From a virus, in IMG/VR virus record IMGVR_UViG_3300009130_001805, positions 14,878 through 78,877 of that record: 64,000 nucleotides of DNA. One strand, given 5' to 3'. Under the pieces are notes generated by a model. That model was not told where the DNA came from. It made no database searches and saw only the letters and a list, made by a program, of their open reading frames with translations. How positions within the stretch are numbered: position 1 is the first letter of the stretch; each line of letters begins with the position of its first letter. Shown piece after piece: positions 38,301 to 47,614 of the stretch. A program made the translations under genes and the position numbers.

Positions 38301-41300
38301 GCAATAGGAGCTGCGGTTGGCGCAACAATTGCATTAACAAAAGTTTTTAACGAAGCTTCATTATCACTAGAAGATATACAACAAAGGAACGCCAGTTACG
38401 CCGCAGAAATGCAAAAAGTCACGGGCTCCATACAGGGTTATGAAAAATCAGTTGCTGCAGTTAATCAAGCCAGAAAGTCAGGAAACTTTAACGCCACAGT
38501 AAGAGCTTCTCAAAATGAAATGAACGCCCGCGCAGATCTGAGATTGTCAATGGGCTCTAGCTTTGCGGATAAATATATAAAAGAAACTGATAAAAATAAG
38601 AAAGCAGAATTAGCTCTAAAAGCTTTTGATGCGCAGGCTGCAGTTTCCTCCCTAGCGTCCTCCGAAGAACTTATCAAAGGACTCTCAGAACAAGATTTAG
38701 CGGGTTGGTCCCTTGTAAACTTTGGCGGAGAAGCTAGCGATGATATCAGACAGGCTGCGAATGATAACAGCAAAAACGCACAAGCATACCAATCTGCAGA
38801 AAACTCAATGATGAGAGCGGGTCGAAACTTGCAATCACTTGAAGGCGTTCTAGATGACCGAGGCAAGGAAGAATTAAAAGACTTTTTTAACGACGACAGA
38901 TTCAACCGACTTGCAACGGGAACTGGGACAGGCCCGAGCTACTCGAACGACGTAGCTGAAGATATGGCAGAAGAACTCAGCGAATTAATGCTTAGGCTTC
39001 AAGGCAATATAGATGACGATATTGGAGGTGAAAACCTAGCTCTTATTCAAAAACAATTACGTGCATTTTCTGACACAATAGGAGATCTAGATGAATCAGA
39101 TGAAATTCAAGCTACCTTTGGCAACTTAAAGAAAGGTATGGATTTGCGAGTAAGAGAAGAGCTTGATCTTCGAAGCAAGCATGCAAGACAATTAATGCAG
39201 GAATTTAACCGCTTTGAAAGGCAACTCTCTGTGGTTTTCGCGGATATAACTCATCAATTTAAATCCATAGACATTATGGACGGTGCAATCTCTGCCGGGC
39301 AAAGACAGAGTTCAGAAATGATGATGAGGTCTGTTGAATCTACTGGAATGCTCGGACTAGAGACTCAAGCTAGGCTGCGCGGAAGTTTACAATCAGACCA
39401 GATTAGCTCAAAATACTCGCAAGAAATTTCTGGCGCTCGCAGAGACGCTCAATTAGGATTTTCTAAACAGTTAAGCGGCAAGAATTTTTCTGAAGCCCTA
39501 ACCGGCTCCCTAGGTGACCCAAGCAAATCAGGTAAAACCATGCTCCCTAAAGTGATGGGGGAATTTCTTAAAGACTCTAGTCAGTCTATTGAAGAAAGAG
39601 AGAAATTAATGCAGGGAGAAATTACAGACGGCTTCAAAAATTTTGTTTTAAATAGAACTGAAGATTTAAACTTTAAAGCATTAAAGGATGAAATTGAGAG
39701 TGAAGGTTTTTCTAAAATAGACAAGCAAATATCTGACTCTGAGGGGCTGCTAGCAAAATACAGGAAGGGTAATGACGGAAGGACAGAATTTCAAGGAGGC
39801 AAGTCCGAATCCATATATAGAAGTCAAGGAGAGGGCATGCCGGGAGTGGGCCAAGATCTTATAAATAAAGGAGGTACGGTAGCAAAAGATTTTGCATTTA
39901 AAGGAAGTGGGAGTTCATATGAATCGCTAAGTCATCTTTTCGATATTAAAGGTCAGGAAGGAAAAGGCTCTATAAATAATGCGAGAATACGAAGAAACTT
40001 AACTTTTACAGACACTGAAAAGGATTTAAACGACATTTCGTCGGGAGGAATAAATTATTTTAACGATACGATAAAGCATCTTATAAAAAAATCTCTTGGA
40101 TCCGACCCGAAAGTTGCAGGCTTTGAAAATGTAGACGAGATCAATCAGGCTTTTGATGATTTCATGCAGCGAAAAGTTACAGAGACGGCCACGATAGTAG
40201 GCGCAGGAGTATCCTACTCAGAACAAGGGACTTTAGATTTTTCTGATGTGTTAAATGATGAGATCAAGTCACAAGTAGAATCCATTAGGCAAAGCGCTAT
40301 AGACAAAATTAAAAAAGGGAATGAGCTGGATCAAATAAAGTCAATGCTTGACCCATCGAGCGATGGATTTTCAAAAGACATAAAAGAGATCTCAGAGTCA
40401 TTAAAAACGACAGATGTAGGAAAGGAGCTTTTTAAAAGTCTCGAAGAGTTGGACCGAGTACAATCTCTTTTGAAGCAAAGAATGGCCGCAGAAGAAGCTT
40501 TACTAAAACAACAGACTGAATTTGCTATTGCTCAAGCTGGGATAATGGACGCAAGCCAAGCTCAAATTAGAGAAGCACAAAGAAGTCTCTCAAGAGTAGA
40601 ATTAAATAATCAAGGGCAATTTGTTAACAAAGGAATAGAAGCTGAAAAAAGAGCTTTGAAGGCTGCCAATGCTAGAGAGCTTGAAATGTCAGCAGCTCAA
40701 GCTAATTATAATAATATAGGGCTAACATCTGGAAGCAAAGAGTTTCTTGCTACCCGAGCGGTAGAAGATAAACGAAAACTTCAAGAGCCAGCATTAATTG
40801 CAAAAGAAACAGAGATAGCATCTGAAAAAATTAATCAATTATTTACTCCAGAAAAATATGCTACACTCCTTCCTCCTGCTTTAGAGCTTGGAGAAGTGGC
40901 AAAAGAAAGAGCGGCTGATTTAGAGCGCCAGAGAAAAGACAATGAAAAAAATATTGAAATATTCAAGAGATCTTTCAGAACAGTCATGGGTGTCGCTGAA
41001 GATGCGGAGATTGAAGGCAAGGGAGGCGTTAAGGCTCAATACACAGAAGCATCCACGACAGACAAACCACCATCACAAGCCCAAACTGACGCATATAATA
41101 ATTTAATTAATGCCGAATCAAAAAGAGGTTTCTTAGCTGATCAACAAAGCAAAGCAGGAGGCCCACATACAAAAGTAGTCCTAGATGCAATGAACTCCTA
41201 TCAAGAGGATATCACTGCTTATAACGACTCATTCAAAGGTATTTCTGACGCTTTCAAAAATGCTCCACGCGACAATGAAAAAGACCTGAGTGCAGCCGTA

Positions 41301-44300
41301 GAAGGCCTGAAGGCTAGCATTGGAGAAGAGATATTAAAATTTTATAGCAAAGATACTGCATTTGGTACTAAAGATCAATTTCAAAATTTATTAAAAGGAG
41401 CAGGGGAGGGCACTGCTGACTATCAAGCCCTACAGGTTGCCAACAACCAATTCCAATCCAATAAAGAAGCCTTTATAACTAAAAATGGTGAAGCTAATAT
41501 TGGAAAATTGGGGGAAAATTTTGAGGATATGCTCAATGAAGCGACAACATCAGTAGCAAACCTCAGAGAAGCCTTCCAACAAGCGGGTAAGGATGCTTCA
41601 GCTGCGGAGAAAGAAATCGCCCTACAAAGAATCGCAAACGACAAAGCTGCTACTGCTGCTACAAAACTTGCGGCACGAACTAGATCTGTAGCAGACAGCA
41701 TGACCGATCTTGGTTCAGCCTTGTCCCACATTAATGAACTTAGCTTGCAATTCATACAAGCTTCCCTTGATACAGATATGGGTCAAGCGGGAATGACTTC
41801 CTCGCAGATCTCCAAGAGGCAAAGAGATTTTGATTTAATTCGCGAGGTATCACAAGGTCGAGACCAATTACAAAGACAAAGCAAAGAAGCCACGTCGAGT
41901 TTTATTAGCCAAATTCAAGGGTTAGACATTGACGATTCAATCAAAAAAGAATTTCTTGGCAATTTCGATAACAAAGAAACTAAAGCAGGGATTGTAAATG
42001 CAGAAAGCTTCAAAGCCGCTGCGGAAAATGTTCTAAGCAACACTAATTTTTATTCTGATGCAAAATTTGCACAAGGGGTTCCAGCTTTTGGTAAAAAAGG
42101 AGCCAGCGAGGAAGACATAAACAATTTCGCAAACAACACTTCCGCCCGAGAAGCGCTAAGAGCAGAAATTGAGAAGTCAACAAATGCTATTAAATTAAAT
42201 GAACAAACAATTGGTAGAGAAGTTTCTTATAGACAAAGACTTAATTCTCTATTAGATCAAAATGCTAGATACATGCAAAGCTTTGGGGCAGGAGTCTCTG
42301 GAGCAATGAGCTCAATTAAGGAGAGATTAGAAAACTTCCGCCGTACCGAAGGAGAAACCTTAGTTAGTTCGATGAACGAAGGATTCAAGAGAAATGCCAT
42401 GGGCGACTACGGAGAAGGAGAAAGTTTCTTTTCTATAATAAATGATCGCAATAGAGAGATCGTAGCCCAAAGAAATGCAGACGCTGCTACAAATATTGTA
42501 TTTGGAGACCAAATTGGAAAAACATTGGAGGCTTTTGGGGTTGAGGGTGCCGCTGAAAAATATGACATGGGCAAATTCTGGGACCCAGAAGGTAACGAGC
42601 AAAAGCGTGCAAACGAAAAAATGCTCACAAGCTTTAATGAAACAGGAAGCCTTGGAGACGACAGTCTAGATTTCTTAAGAAGCGATCTTTTAAGCTCAAA
42701 AGATATTCAAGCTGTAACCGCAGATAATACCCGTAAAATGGTTGAGCTACTTCAGAGCATGAAAGAGCAAGGTTTCGCGGGTGGAAATATGGGGGACGGC
42801 TCTACAGTCATGAGCCAAGAAACCGCCACAAAAGAAGGGCAGCAAAGAATGGTTGGGGCATTAAACAACCAAACAAAACAAGACGCAACAAACACAGACT
42901 CGCTCAAGAGCACTGTCACTCAATCAAGCAGTGATAGCGCAGGCGTAATTAGCACCATGCTTGGATCTGCGATTGGTACGTTTAAAAGCGTAAGCGGAAT
43001 TAATAACGATTTCCAAAGCGGGCAGTGGGGCGACGCAGGAAGAAGTGTTTTTGACGGAGCAAGGGCTGCTACTACAAAAGTCGGAGATTGGCTTGATGAT
43101 GATGAAAAGAAAGCTTTTCGCGGAGGATATATTTCAAGATTTAACTTCGGTGGGCGCGTTCCTCAATTTGGAGGAGATCATAATACCGATAATGTTCCTG
43201 CATTACTTACTGGAGGAGAATATGTTATAAGAAAAGATTCGGTAGAAAAATATGGAAAAGATTATTTTGAAAAACTTAATAAAGGATTAATCCCTAAAGA
43301 ATTTGAAGACGGGGGTGATGTCAAGAAGGCGGAAAGAAGCTGGCTTTCGAAGAAAATAACTAAAATGCAAAGTAATTTTTCTAACGAAATGAATCAGTTC
43401 AAAAACATGAAGCAGGGCATGGAGGCAAGCGAAGGAAGTTTTGCTAGCATGTTTGGAAGTGGCAAGACAAATCGCCGATCCAAAGTAAACATGGGTATGA
43501 CCAAAAATGAAGGTACTGGCAGTTTTTGGACTCAACCAAAAGTTTCTAAGGACGATTTTGGTAATGACGTGGTTGAGCTTAACAGTGATCTCACCGGCCC
43601 TGCAGAAACTGAAATGAACTGGAGTAACATTGGAAATGCAGCACAACAAGGTTTAAACTTAGTAGGTAACGTTGCTAAAGGTTATCAAAACTATAAACAA
43701 GGTAAAAAAAATAGAGCCGCCGAACTAGCCAAAGCAAGAGCGCAAGAAGACGAAAAACGTAGAAAAAGAGATTATCAGCTACTTAAACCTTTAGAGTATT
43801 ATGATATGGCTGCAACTCAAATTGATCTAGGCGGACTATCAGGAAAAAGTTCAATTGACCAAGGCAAGCTTAGGCTTTCTGCCGCAGCAATGACCGGACA
43901 AATTCAAGGAGATCGATACGGAACACTTTTAGTTAATGTTCAAAGAGCTACTCATCAAAATAAAATTAATGATAGACTTTTTGATATTGAATATGCAAAA
44001 CAGGCAGCCTACGCAAAAGCAGTTGATAAGTACGAAAAGAAAAAAATGATTGCTGATTCTCTGATTCAAGTTGGTGGGTCTATAGCTAGTTTTGCTGGAG
44101 CTGGACAATTCATGCAAGTAGCAAACATGACAAAAGATTTAGCGGGAGGAGCACAAGCTTTATTTGGAGTTCAAGACCGAAGCCAAGTAAAGCCAGCAAG
44201 CCTCAGTGAAGTCATGAAGCAATCCAAAGAAAGAAGAGAAGATTTTTCTGGCCCAGCAATGGATATCCATCAGTACGGAAGTTTTCAAAGATTGCAACAA

Positions 44301-45617
44301 AGATACGCAAATGTTAAATCTGGATCCACTAGTGGAGCAGATTTATACCTTGGAGGATTTGAGTTAACCCAACCCGGACAGAGAGTAAGAAACCCAGCTT
44401 TATATGGTAAGACGAGAAAAGAAAGACAAGGAAAATTTTTAGGAGGATTAATAAAGCTCGCCGGAGGCGGAACTGTTAATTATGACGCTTCAAGAGTTAC
44501 AAGGTCTTCTCGCCCCGATGTGGCTGGCTCAGAAAGGTCAGGAAGGGCGATGACAGGATATGATACAAAAGGTAGAGATATATATAACTCTTTTGCGATG
44601 GGAGGCCAAGTCCCGACACTTCAGAAAAAAGATATTTCTATTGGGCATGATTTAATAGATAGAATCTCTACCCCAGATAGCTTGAATCTTAACCTTGATG
44701 ACTTTGAGGTTCAAGAGGTGGATAATGCTTTTCAGCTTCCTGATTCTATTCTCAATTCTGTTTCTAATAAAGGTTCTGTTTTTAATCCCGCTATAATTTC
44801 TACGATGGCAAAAGGGTTTGACTATCTTGCCTCAAGAAAGCAAAAGGGTGGAGATATAACTGCCCCGCTAGACCCCATGGGAATGCTGGCGCTAGCGCTT
44901 GGCGGAGTAGTTAACTCTTCAAAAAAAATTGCATCTTCTGTTTTAGGTTTAGCAAAAGGAGGTTTAACAAATTTAAAAATCAAACCTGATCTTTCTACTG
45001 GGGTCACTGCTCACTTATTAAGTACCTACAAAAATAGTAATCGCCATGGCAAGGCAGGCGCAGACTCTATGTTCTCACAACTAGGAGCAACGATAAAAAC
45101 CGCAGGACTAAGACATAACAATGAAAATCAAACTACAGGCAAAATACAGAAATCTCACATCCTTAGCGAAAAGGCTCTCGGAGGCCCCATTGAATTACAA
45201 GCGCTAACAAAATATTCTTCTGGAGGCAATGTAACCGGAGGTTCTGGAGTAAGAGATGATGTCCCTGCTCTCTTATCTGAGGGAGAGTATGTTATAAGAA
45301 AAAGCTCTGCCCAAAAATATGGAGCAAACTTTCTCAACCAACTTAATGCGGGTACTAAAGCGGTTAGCAGATTTGCTGAAGGCGGGGCAGTTGGGGAAAC
45401 AGAATCTTCTCCGTCCATCTCTGAGTCTAAAGAAGTCACTCATAATATATCTCAGAATTTTACTTTTAATATTTCAAAAGATGGGTCAAGCTCCGAAAGT
45501 GAAGAAGGTGACGACATGAGCGAAAACGAAAGAGAAAAAGAATTTGGAAGAAGGGTGCGCGTAGCCTGCCTTAAGGTTATAGAAGAAGAGCGCAGAATTG
45601 GAGGCTTACTGCATTAA
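32358..45617 (+). CDS. Giant tape measure protein (~4,419 aa) with inserted cargo array
   Basis: TP901-type core (EAALEFSRQG...ELMGAITAAQ..TARGGNVIGNSFKTIFTRI), long helical body, two lambda gpH-like D.VPALL..GEYVIRK motifs; start set at ATG 32358 behind AAGGA. Confidence 0.9.
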   Translation: MARPVRIPAQQQGFEKSVMDAVNRLNRSGQLKLNVNSRSFTQPLGKITASADEFTKSLEASNARVIAFGASVGIINAVSNAFKSLVIQTMEVQKQMAEINVVMQTGTEGLQKMQTGLFKIAKETAQSFSVVTEAALEFSRQGLSMEKTLLATKQAMILTRITALDAAEAVKGLTAAVNGFVDAGISHTQVVNKMSAVDVNFAVSTEDLIHGLERAGAVAQDAKVNFDELMGAITAAQQITARGGNVIGNSFKTIFTRIQRSSTINRLEELGIAVKDLEGRTLPAMKILKELAITYDGLADSTKAAVAEQVGGVFQINILKAALKDLGRENSVFARATEISNRATDEATKKNEALNKTLSALAAQTGTSIQQLSEAIGKLSMGGGIEKVLKTINTIAEGMFKGIESEGIGGDLARGLLKGMGNILSGPGLILVGGMFVKLFGEVTKFATKSMANIIGITTQKQKQKAVEEAILKVMMENEGIEASLLAMGKNRVLQEEHVLKLIKQQAAAARERAAIAAAVAPGLVRSGVKGPSLSIKGGAAGGIIPASERNAERKGAISAGYSPGKVSSTKIKGVGDVVYNKAESIKEFPGMQQKAIMPPESSRAGSKYAKAFKKAHGFDPYAPSGFIPNYGIVGARGSASLALSRTNMVTHGTGRGQNTRAMDKKYGESGEKLFATETARFVNKNTPEEKRNLLGRIMTRLLDKGIVNFTRPGYFQKESFKTNRRSSEKDFDQFERHMVKQLSSEGYKSTGRVIDPKTRKVEAGNNQYPQDAFAKGKVPREFKINRIDEKDILSKSIRRTTDLDPQDILNGKYTRGDITKGNEFIQVLRNNFGPSSGNHDEILMGLVNKFQKSNLDSALNLLRQKKIDVPAGEEAYTAAIHGLHRGFIPNYIGRRRMPSKAHLEKAKKSIDIYRKLTLSRKRSRDYDGNLATEISNAWGLKDPTHSTIVKTFGRIKTDKSAHKTVNEEVLDIMANPAKYKDLFKKNNLPAPDWSASQGKSALNLFTKEGKFGTLDKVKMGQKSKLDGDDWEQTVRDIFKKGIKSGSITDLNTIKKNFPLDFKGDKGFLDATLNVHKLRVMHHKIARTLAQQNPSALKRLLLKGKDFDGVEALGGLAEISKVSSGIRSLSRMKNSRSLFPEGKFVGGVGQSTEDFSRNMQKWYDGLTPAQQSTAQSSQMSGSWKVQSPQEYQMAASGFVPNFIRMINPSKDRSFLLKMWQDKLKKAKSISRSGKPRIETDPQVSKLNAEANHIWDQIQLLKKGKPYSIPNFANISKIRELAKRGKGGEKANAQRMLEKFSIKSKGMFDDMIIDDFLRDPKMSYKGPWGDTVTDYLLSKGYDKNQILKASKSPSSYARAAGGVIPNFVRWIKNPKGGKDLPSPDIDPRTGRPSGIYTSRDIHEMKAKGYMRTDEKGWHYVGKGKVKSAEAKIKEERRLMAMATIGLRGSGKAWMHPKTGKMYTGSDHQQIAADNGLFNNGMVRDYVRITKSDRSLYIDKKGLDVSSEAMGKLKNIAQDDYYKIIEDRGILGEKVLFDPKTGPFSGGHVPNFAMADVIRKYQSRKSSRLNKDQFNATSAALTKFNAVNGLFARTALAGTSRVRLTERNFNKVRQFINSKEFRQLDKLTQNKVLVDLKSQSQSLGLPDVTRGYGQHRNPLFEGRIAASSGLIPNFSNPLSQAISREKAAGVPENMIRISQSDRLKGPKNPSGLAVINTRDEPMGINQGINRSISMGIDPKSHGASQGVVPNFTNPLAPGSVGPAGSQLSDILKKIGVSGNQLVSILTQLTPEFNKFRANLSSGGTAANQHARKVTSMISSLGLEEAQTKQLMREFSNLGTTANTGASKLKSFISQLGAKLGQGPLGQAASDVMKSGPVQAVAGSGGMFSMFNQGLQGNVTPSTSRAGRAGQAVNKLHGKVSSPGMQMGMMMAPMMTEMMAESIRGNKPKYERSKASRATTGAISGLGDIAMYTAMGSMFGPWGTAIGAAVGATIALTKVFNEASLSLEDIQQRNASYAAEMQKVTGSIQGYEKSVAAVNQARKSGNFNATVRASQNEMNARADLRLSMGSSFADKYIKETDKNKKAELALKAFDAQAAVSSLASSEELIKGLSEQDLAGWSLVNFGGEASDDIRQAANDNSKNAQAYQSAENSMMRAGRNLQSLEGVLDDRGKEELKDFFNDDRFNRLATGTGTGPSYSNDVAEDMAEELSELMLRLQGNIDDDIGGENLALIQKQLRAFSDTIGDLDESDEIQATFGNLKKGMDLRVREELDLRSKHARQLMQEFNRFERQLSVVFADITHQFKSIDIMDGAISAGQRQSSEMMMRSVESTGMLGLETQARLRGSLQSDQISSKYSQEISGARRDAQLGFSKQLSGKNFSEALTGSLGDPSKSGKTMLPKVMGEFLKDSSQSIEEREKLMQGEITDGFKNFVLNRTEDLNFKALKDEIESEGFSKIDKQISDSEGLLAKYRKGNDGRTEFQGGKSESIYRSQGEGMPGVGQDLINKGGTVAKDFAFKGSGSSYESLSHLFDIKGQEGKGSINNARIRRNLTFTDTEKDLNDISSGGINYFNDTIKHLIKKSLGSDPKVAGFENVDEINQAFDDFMQRKVTETATIVGAGVSYSEQGTLDFSDVLNDEIKSQVESIRQSAIDKIKKGNELDQIKSMLDPSSDGFSKDIKEISESLKTTDVGKELFKSLEELDRVQSLLKQRMAAEEALLKQQTEFAIAQAGIMDASQAQIREAQRSLSRVELNNQGQFVNKGIEAEKRALKAANARELEMSAAQANYNNIGLTSGSKEFLATRAVEDKRKLQEPALIAKETEIASEKINQLFTPEKYATLLPPALELGEVAKERAADLERQRKDNEKNIEIFKRSFRTVMGVAEDAEIEGKGGVKAQYTEASTTDKPPSQAQTDAYNNLINAESKRGFLADQQSKAGGPHTKVVLDAMNSYQEDITAYNDSFKGISDAFKNAPRDNEKDLSAAVEGLKASIGEEILKFYSKDTAFGTKDQFQNLLKGAGEGTADYQALQVANNQFQSNKEAFITKNGEANIGKLGENFEDMLNEATTSVANLREAFQQAGKDASAAEKEIALQRIANDKAATAATKLAARTRSVADSMTDLGSALSHINELSLQFIQASLDTDMGQAGMTSSQISKRQRDFDLIREVSQGRDQLQRQSKEATSSFISQIQGLDIDDSIKKEFLGNFDNKETKAGIVNAESFKAAAENVLSNTNFYSDAKFAQGVPAFGKKGASEEDINNFANNTSAREALRAEIEKSTNAIKLNEQTIGREVSYRQRLNSLLDQNARYMQSFGAGVSGAMSSIKERLENFRRTEGETLVSSMNEGFKRNAMGDYGEGESFFSIINDRNREIVAQRNADAATNIVFGDQIGKTLEAFGVEGAAEKYDMGKFWDPEGNEQKRANEKMLTSFNETGSLGDDSLDFLRSDLLSSKDIQAVTADNTRKMVELLQSMKEQGFAGGNMGDGSTVMSQETATKEGQQRMVGALNNQTKQDATNTDSLKSTVTQSSSDSAGVISTMLGSAIGTFKSVSGINNDFQSGQWGDAGRSVFDGARAATTKVGDWLDDDEKKAFRGGYISRFNFGGRVPQFGGDHNTDNVPALLTGGEYVIRKDSVEKYGKDYFEKLNKGLIPKEFEDGGDVKKAERSWLSKKITKMQSNFSNEMNQFKNMKQGMEASEGSFASMFGSGKTNRRSKVNMGMTKNEGTGSFWTQPKVSKDDFGNDVVELNSDLTGPAETEMNWSNIGNAAQQGLNLVGNVAKGYQNYKQGKKNRAAELAKARAQEDEKRRKRDYQLLKPLEYYDMAATQIDLGGLSGKSSIDQGKLRLSAAAMTGQIQGDRYGTLLVNVQRATHQNKINDRLFDIEYAKQAAYAKAVDKYEKKKMIADSLIQVGGSIASFAGAGQFMQVANMTKDLAGGAQALFGVQDRSQVKPASLSEVMKQSKERREDFSGPAMDIHQYGSFQRLQQRYANVKSGSTSGADLYLGGFELTQPGQRVRNPALYGKTRKERQGKFLGGLIKLAGGGTVNYDASRVTRSSRPDVAGSERSGRAMTGYDTKGRDIYNSFAMGGQVPTLQKKDISIGHDLIDRISTPDSLNLNLDDFEVQEVDNAFQLPDSILNSVSNKGSVFNPAIISTMAKGFDYLASRKQKGGDITAPLDPMGMLALALGGVVNSSKKIASSVLGLAKGGLTNLKIKPDLSTGVTAHLLSTYKNSNRHGKAGADSMFSQLGATIKTAGLRHNNENQTTGKIQKSHILSEKALGGPIELQALTKYSSGGNVTGGSGVRDDVPALLSEGEYVIRKSSAQKYGANFLNQLNAGTKAVSRFAEGGAVGETESSPSISESKEVTHNISQNFTFNISKDGSSSESEEGDDMSENEREKEFGRRVRVACLKVIEEERRIGGLLH
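34233..37604 (+). repeat. Eight G-x-(I/V)-P-N-(F/Y) peptide repeats within the TMP
   Basis: GFIPNY 34233, GFIPNY 35016, GFVPNF 35946, YSIPNF 36153, GVIPNF 36438, GHVPNF 36990, GLIPNF 37356, GVVPNF 37587. Confidence 0.9.
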
Positions 45618-45622
45618 TTATT

Positions 45623-47614
45623 ATGAGCATTCGTTCTAGCTTAGGCTCTTATGAGCAGAGAGTGCTAATCAACAACACTTTTATACCCGGCGTAATAAGT
45701 TTTGATGCGTCATACCAAACCTCCGAAGTTCCTGTAAACGCAATCGGAAAAGGGTATGCCCAAAGCTTAATCGAGTCTCCTCCAGCAGGAGCCTTTAGTA
45801 TGACAAGGAACCTTATCTACGCCGACCCATTAATAAATTTTACAGGAGACAACCCAATGAAAATAAGAGTTGTTTATCCTGATGGCAGCAATGTCGGAGA
45901 TGGATCTTTAGACATCAAGGACGCCTATCTAGGCGAATATTCAGTCAACTGCTCAATAGGAGATTTACCTAAAATATCAACGACTTTCGATGTTTATGAT
46001 GAGATGGGGTCTACTATATTTTTTGATGATAATTATATAGACCCAAATTTTTTAAATCGCTCCGTATGGAAAAATGAATCAGTAGAAATCAATCCCGATA
46101 CTAATGGCTTTCCCACTGAAAGTCCCCGAGGATTAGCAGAGGCAGCTGTAATCAAATTTGGAAATGACTCGACTGGCAAATCAAGAATTAAAGCGCTCTT
46201 GCAAGGAGCAGCAATGCAAGACTCTTTTCTTTTAAGCTTTCAAGTTAAACCTATAACCACCCCATTAGGAAGCCAGCTATCTATATATCTAACTGGTTGC
46301 AATGCCGGCTCAAAAGGCAGGAAGGATATCGACATAAATCAACTCACTGAAGGGGAGTGGACAAAAGTTAGCGTAGAATTAGTTAGGGATCAAACAGACG
46401 GCATAAGTGCAAACCCAGATCTAATCATAGAAGGAACTCCGGACTTAAAGCTTGGATTATTTAATTTTAACTTTATTAAAACTGAAGAATTAGAAATTCC
46501 AGAGAAAGAAATTATTCCTACTATGGGAAGCATTCATGTATCTTGCGATGGGAGTGAAACAAACTCAGTCACTAGTTTCAACTATTCTATAAGCATAAAC
46601 CGAAAACCTTTTCATGTCGTCGGTGACCTCAAGCCGAAAGAGATAGAAACAATATACCCATTTGCTATTTCTGCAGACTTCACTATGGAATTGAACGATT
46701 ATGAAGTTCGGAATATGAAAGACGTATTTACCGGAAGGAGAGAAAGAGACGTCAATATCAAAATAAAAGGGAGGCAAAATACAATCAATGCAGAATCTGA
46801 ATTCTCCCATATAACAGATACTATGAGTAGGCCTGACAGCAGGCCATTTAATAGCTTACTTAATGGACTTACTTCTAAAGATTCTACAAATCTTTTTAGC
46901 GACACAAATTACGGTGGAACACCGATTCCAGTAACACCCAGTTCGCCAGCTAAAGGAGCTAGCGTATGGAGAATTTTTAAGAAACGAGCTTTTAAGAATG
47001 ATCGCTCTTTTTTAGTCGGCGTAATAGGCAGATCAATTAAAGATTATTTCGGTTTTGGAACTCCTTATACATTTTCGACTCATGCATGGGTTCCAGCTTT
47101 CATGAATGCAGGTAATGATTTTCAACAAATTACTGCGGGACAATATGATAGCTCAAGCTTGACTAGCATAGATCAAATTTTAGTTAAAATTGGAACTCCA
47201 GAAGTCATAGACATAGCAGACCCCTCAAGCGTTAATCCAATAAACAATTTTGACTTAGAATTTTGGCAGAGACCATCTATAAGTTTTACTCCATCCGCAA
47301 GCGATTCAACCACTCACCCTGACTTTTTTGTAATTTATTCTGTGGATCTTCCTGATACCCTTGACGCTTATATTTATCTTTCTTCTCTGCAAATCGAAAA
47401 CGCGTCAAAACCTTCTTCTGTTGGTGAAGACACAGTTTTCAATCTTTCAGTAACAAACGCTCAACTGGTCGGCGAAACTTTTGGTGGAGATTCAAATGAT
47501 GGATCAGTTGTTAATTTATCTTATAAAGGCTATATTAATAAACCCCCTCCAAAGTGCGTTGGCGGCGGATCAACAATGGAAAGCTTTAAAGAAATTAATT
47601 GGGACGCAGTATGA
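45623..47614 (+). CDS. Tube-fold tail tip/hub protein with inserted jelly-roll (CBM-like) domains
   Basis: GVISFDASY / SVTSFNYSISINRKP tube-like halves; inserts ending in WTKVSV and WQRPSISF...IYLSSLQIE. Confidence 0.55.
   Translation: MSIRSSLGSYEQRVLINNTFIPGVISFDASYQTSEVPVNAIGKGYAQSLIESPPAGAFSMTRNLIYADPLINFTGDNPMKIRVVYPDGSNVGDGSLDIKDAYLGEYSVNCSIGDLPKISTTFDVYDEMGSTIFFDDNYIDPNFLNRSVWKNESVEINPDTNGFPTESPRGLAEAAVIKFGNDSTGKSRIKALLQGAAMQDSFLLSFQVKPITTPLGSQLSIYLTGCNAGSKGRKDIDINQLTEGEWTKVSVELVRDQTDGISANPDLIIEGTPDLKLGLFNFNFIKTEELEIPEKEIIPTMGSIHVSCDGSETNSVTSFNYSISINRKPFHVVGDLKPKEIETIYPFAISADFTMELNDYEVRNMKDVFTGRRERDVNIKIKGRQNTINAESEFSHITDTMSRPDSRPFNSLLNGLTSKDSTNLFSDTNYGGTPIPVTPSSPAKGASVWRIFKKRAFKNDRSFLVGVIGRSIKDYFGFGTPYTFSTHAWVPAFMNAGNDFQQITAGQYDSSSLTSIDQILVKIGTPEVIDIADPSSVNPINNFDLEFWQRPSISFTPSASDSTTHPDFFVIYSVDLPDTLDAYIYLSSLQIENASKPSSVGEDTVFNLSVTNAQLVGETFGGDSNDGSVVNLSYKGYINKPPPKCVGGGSTMESFKEINWDAV

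Noticed and set aside
32301-45519. Many 60-240-aa antisense and alternate-frame ORFs over the TMP and other long genes
   Set aside because: Shadow ORFs of strongly coding genes, with no motifs or start signals
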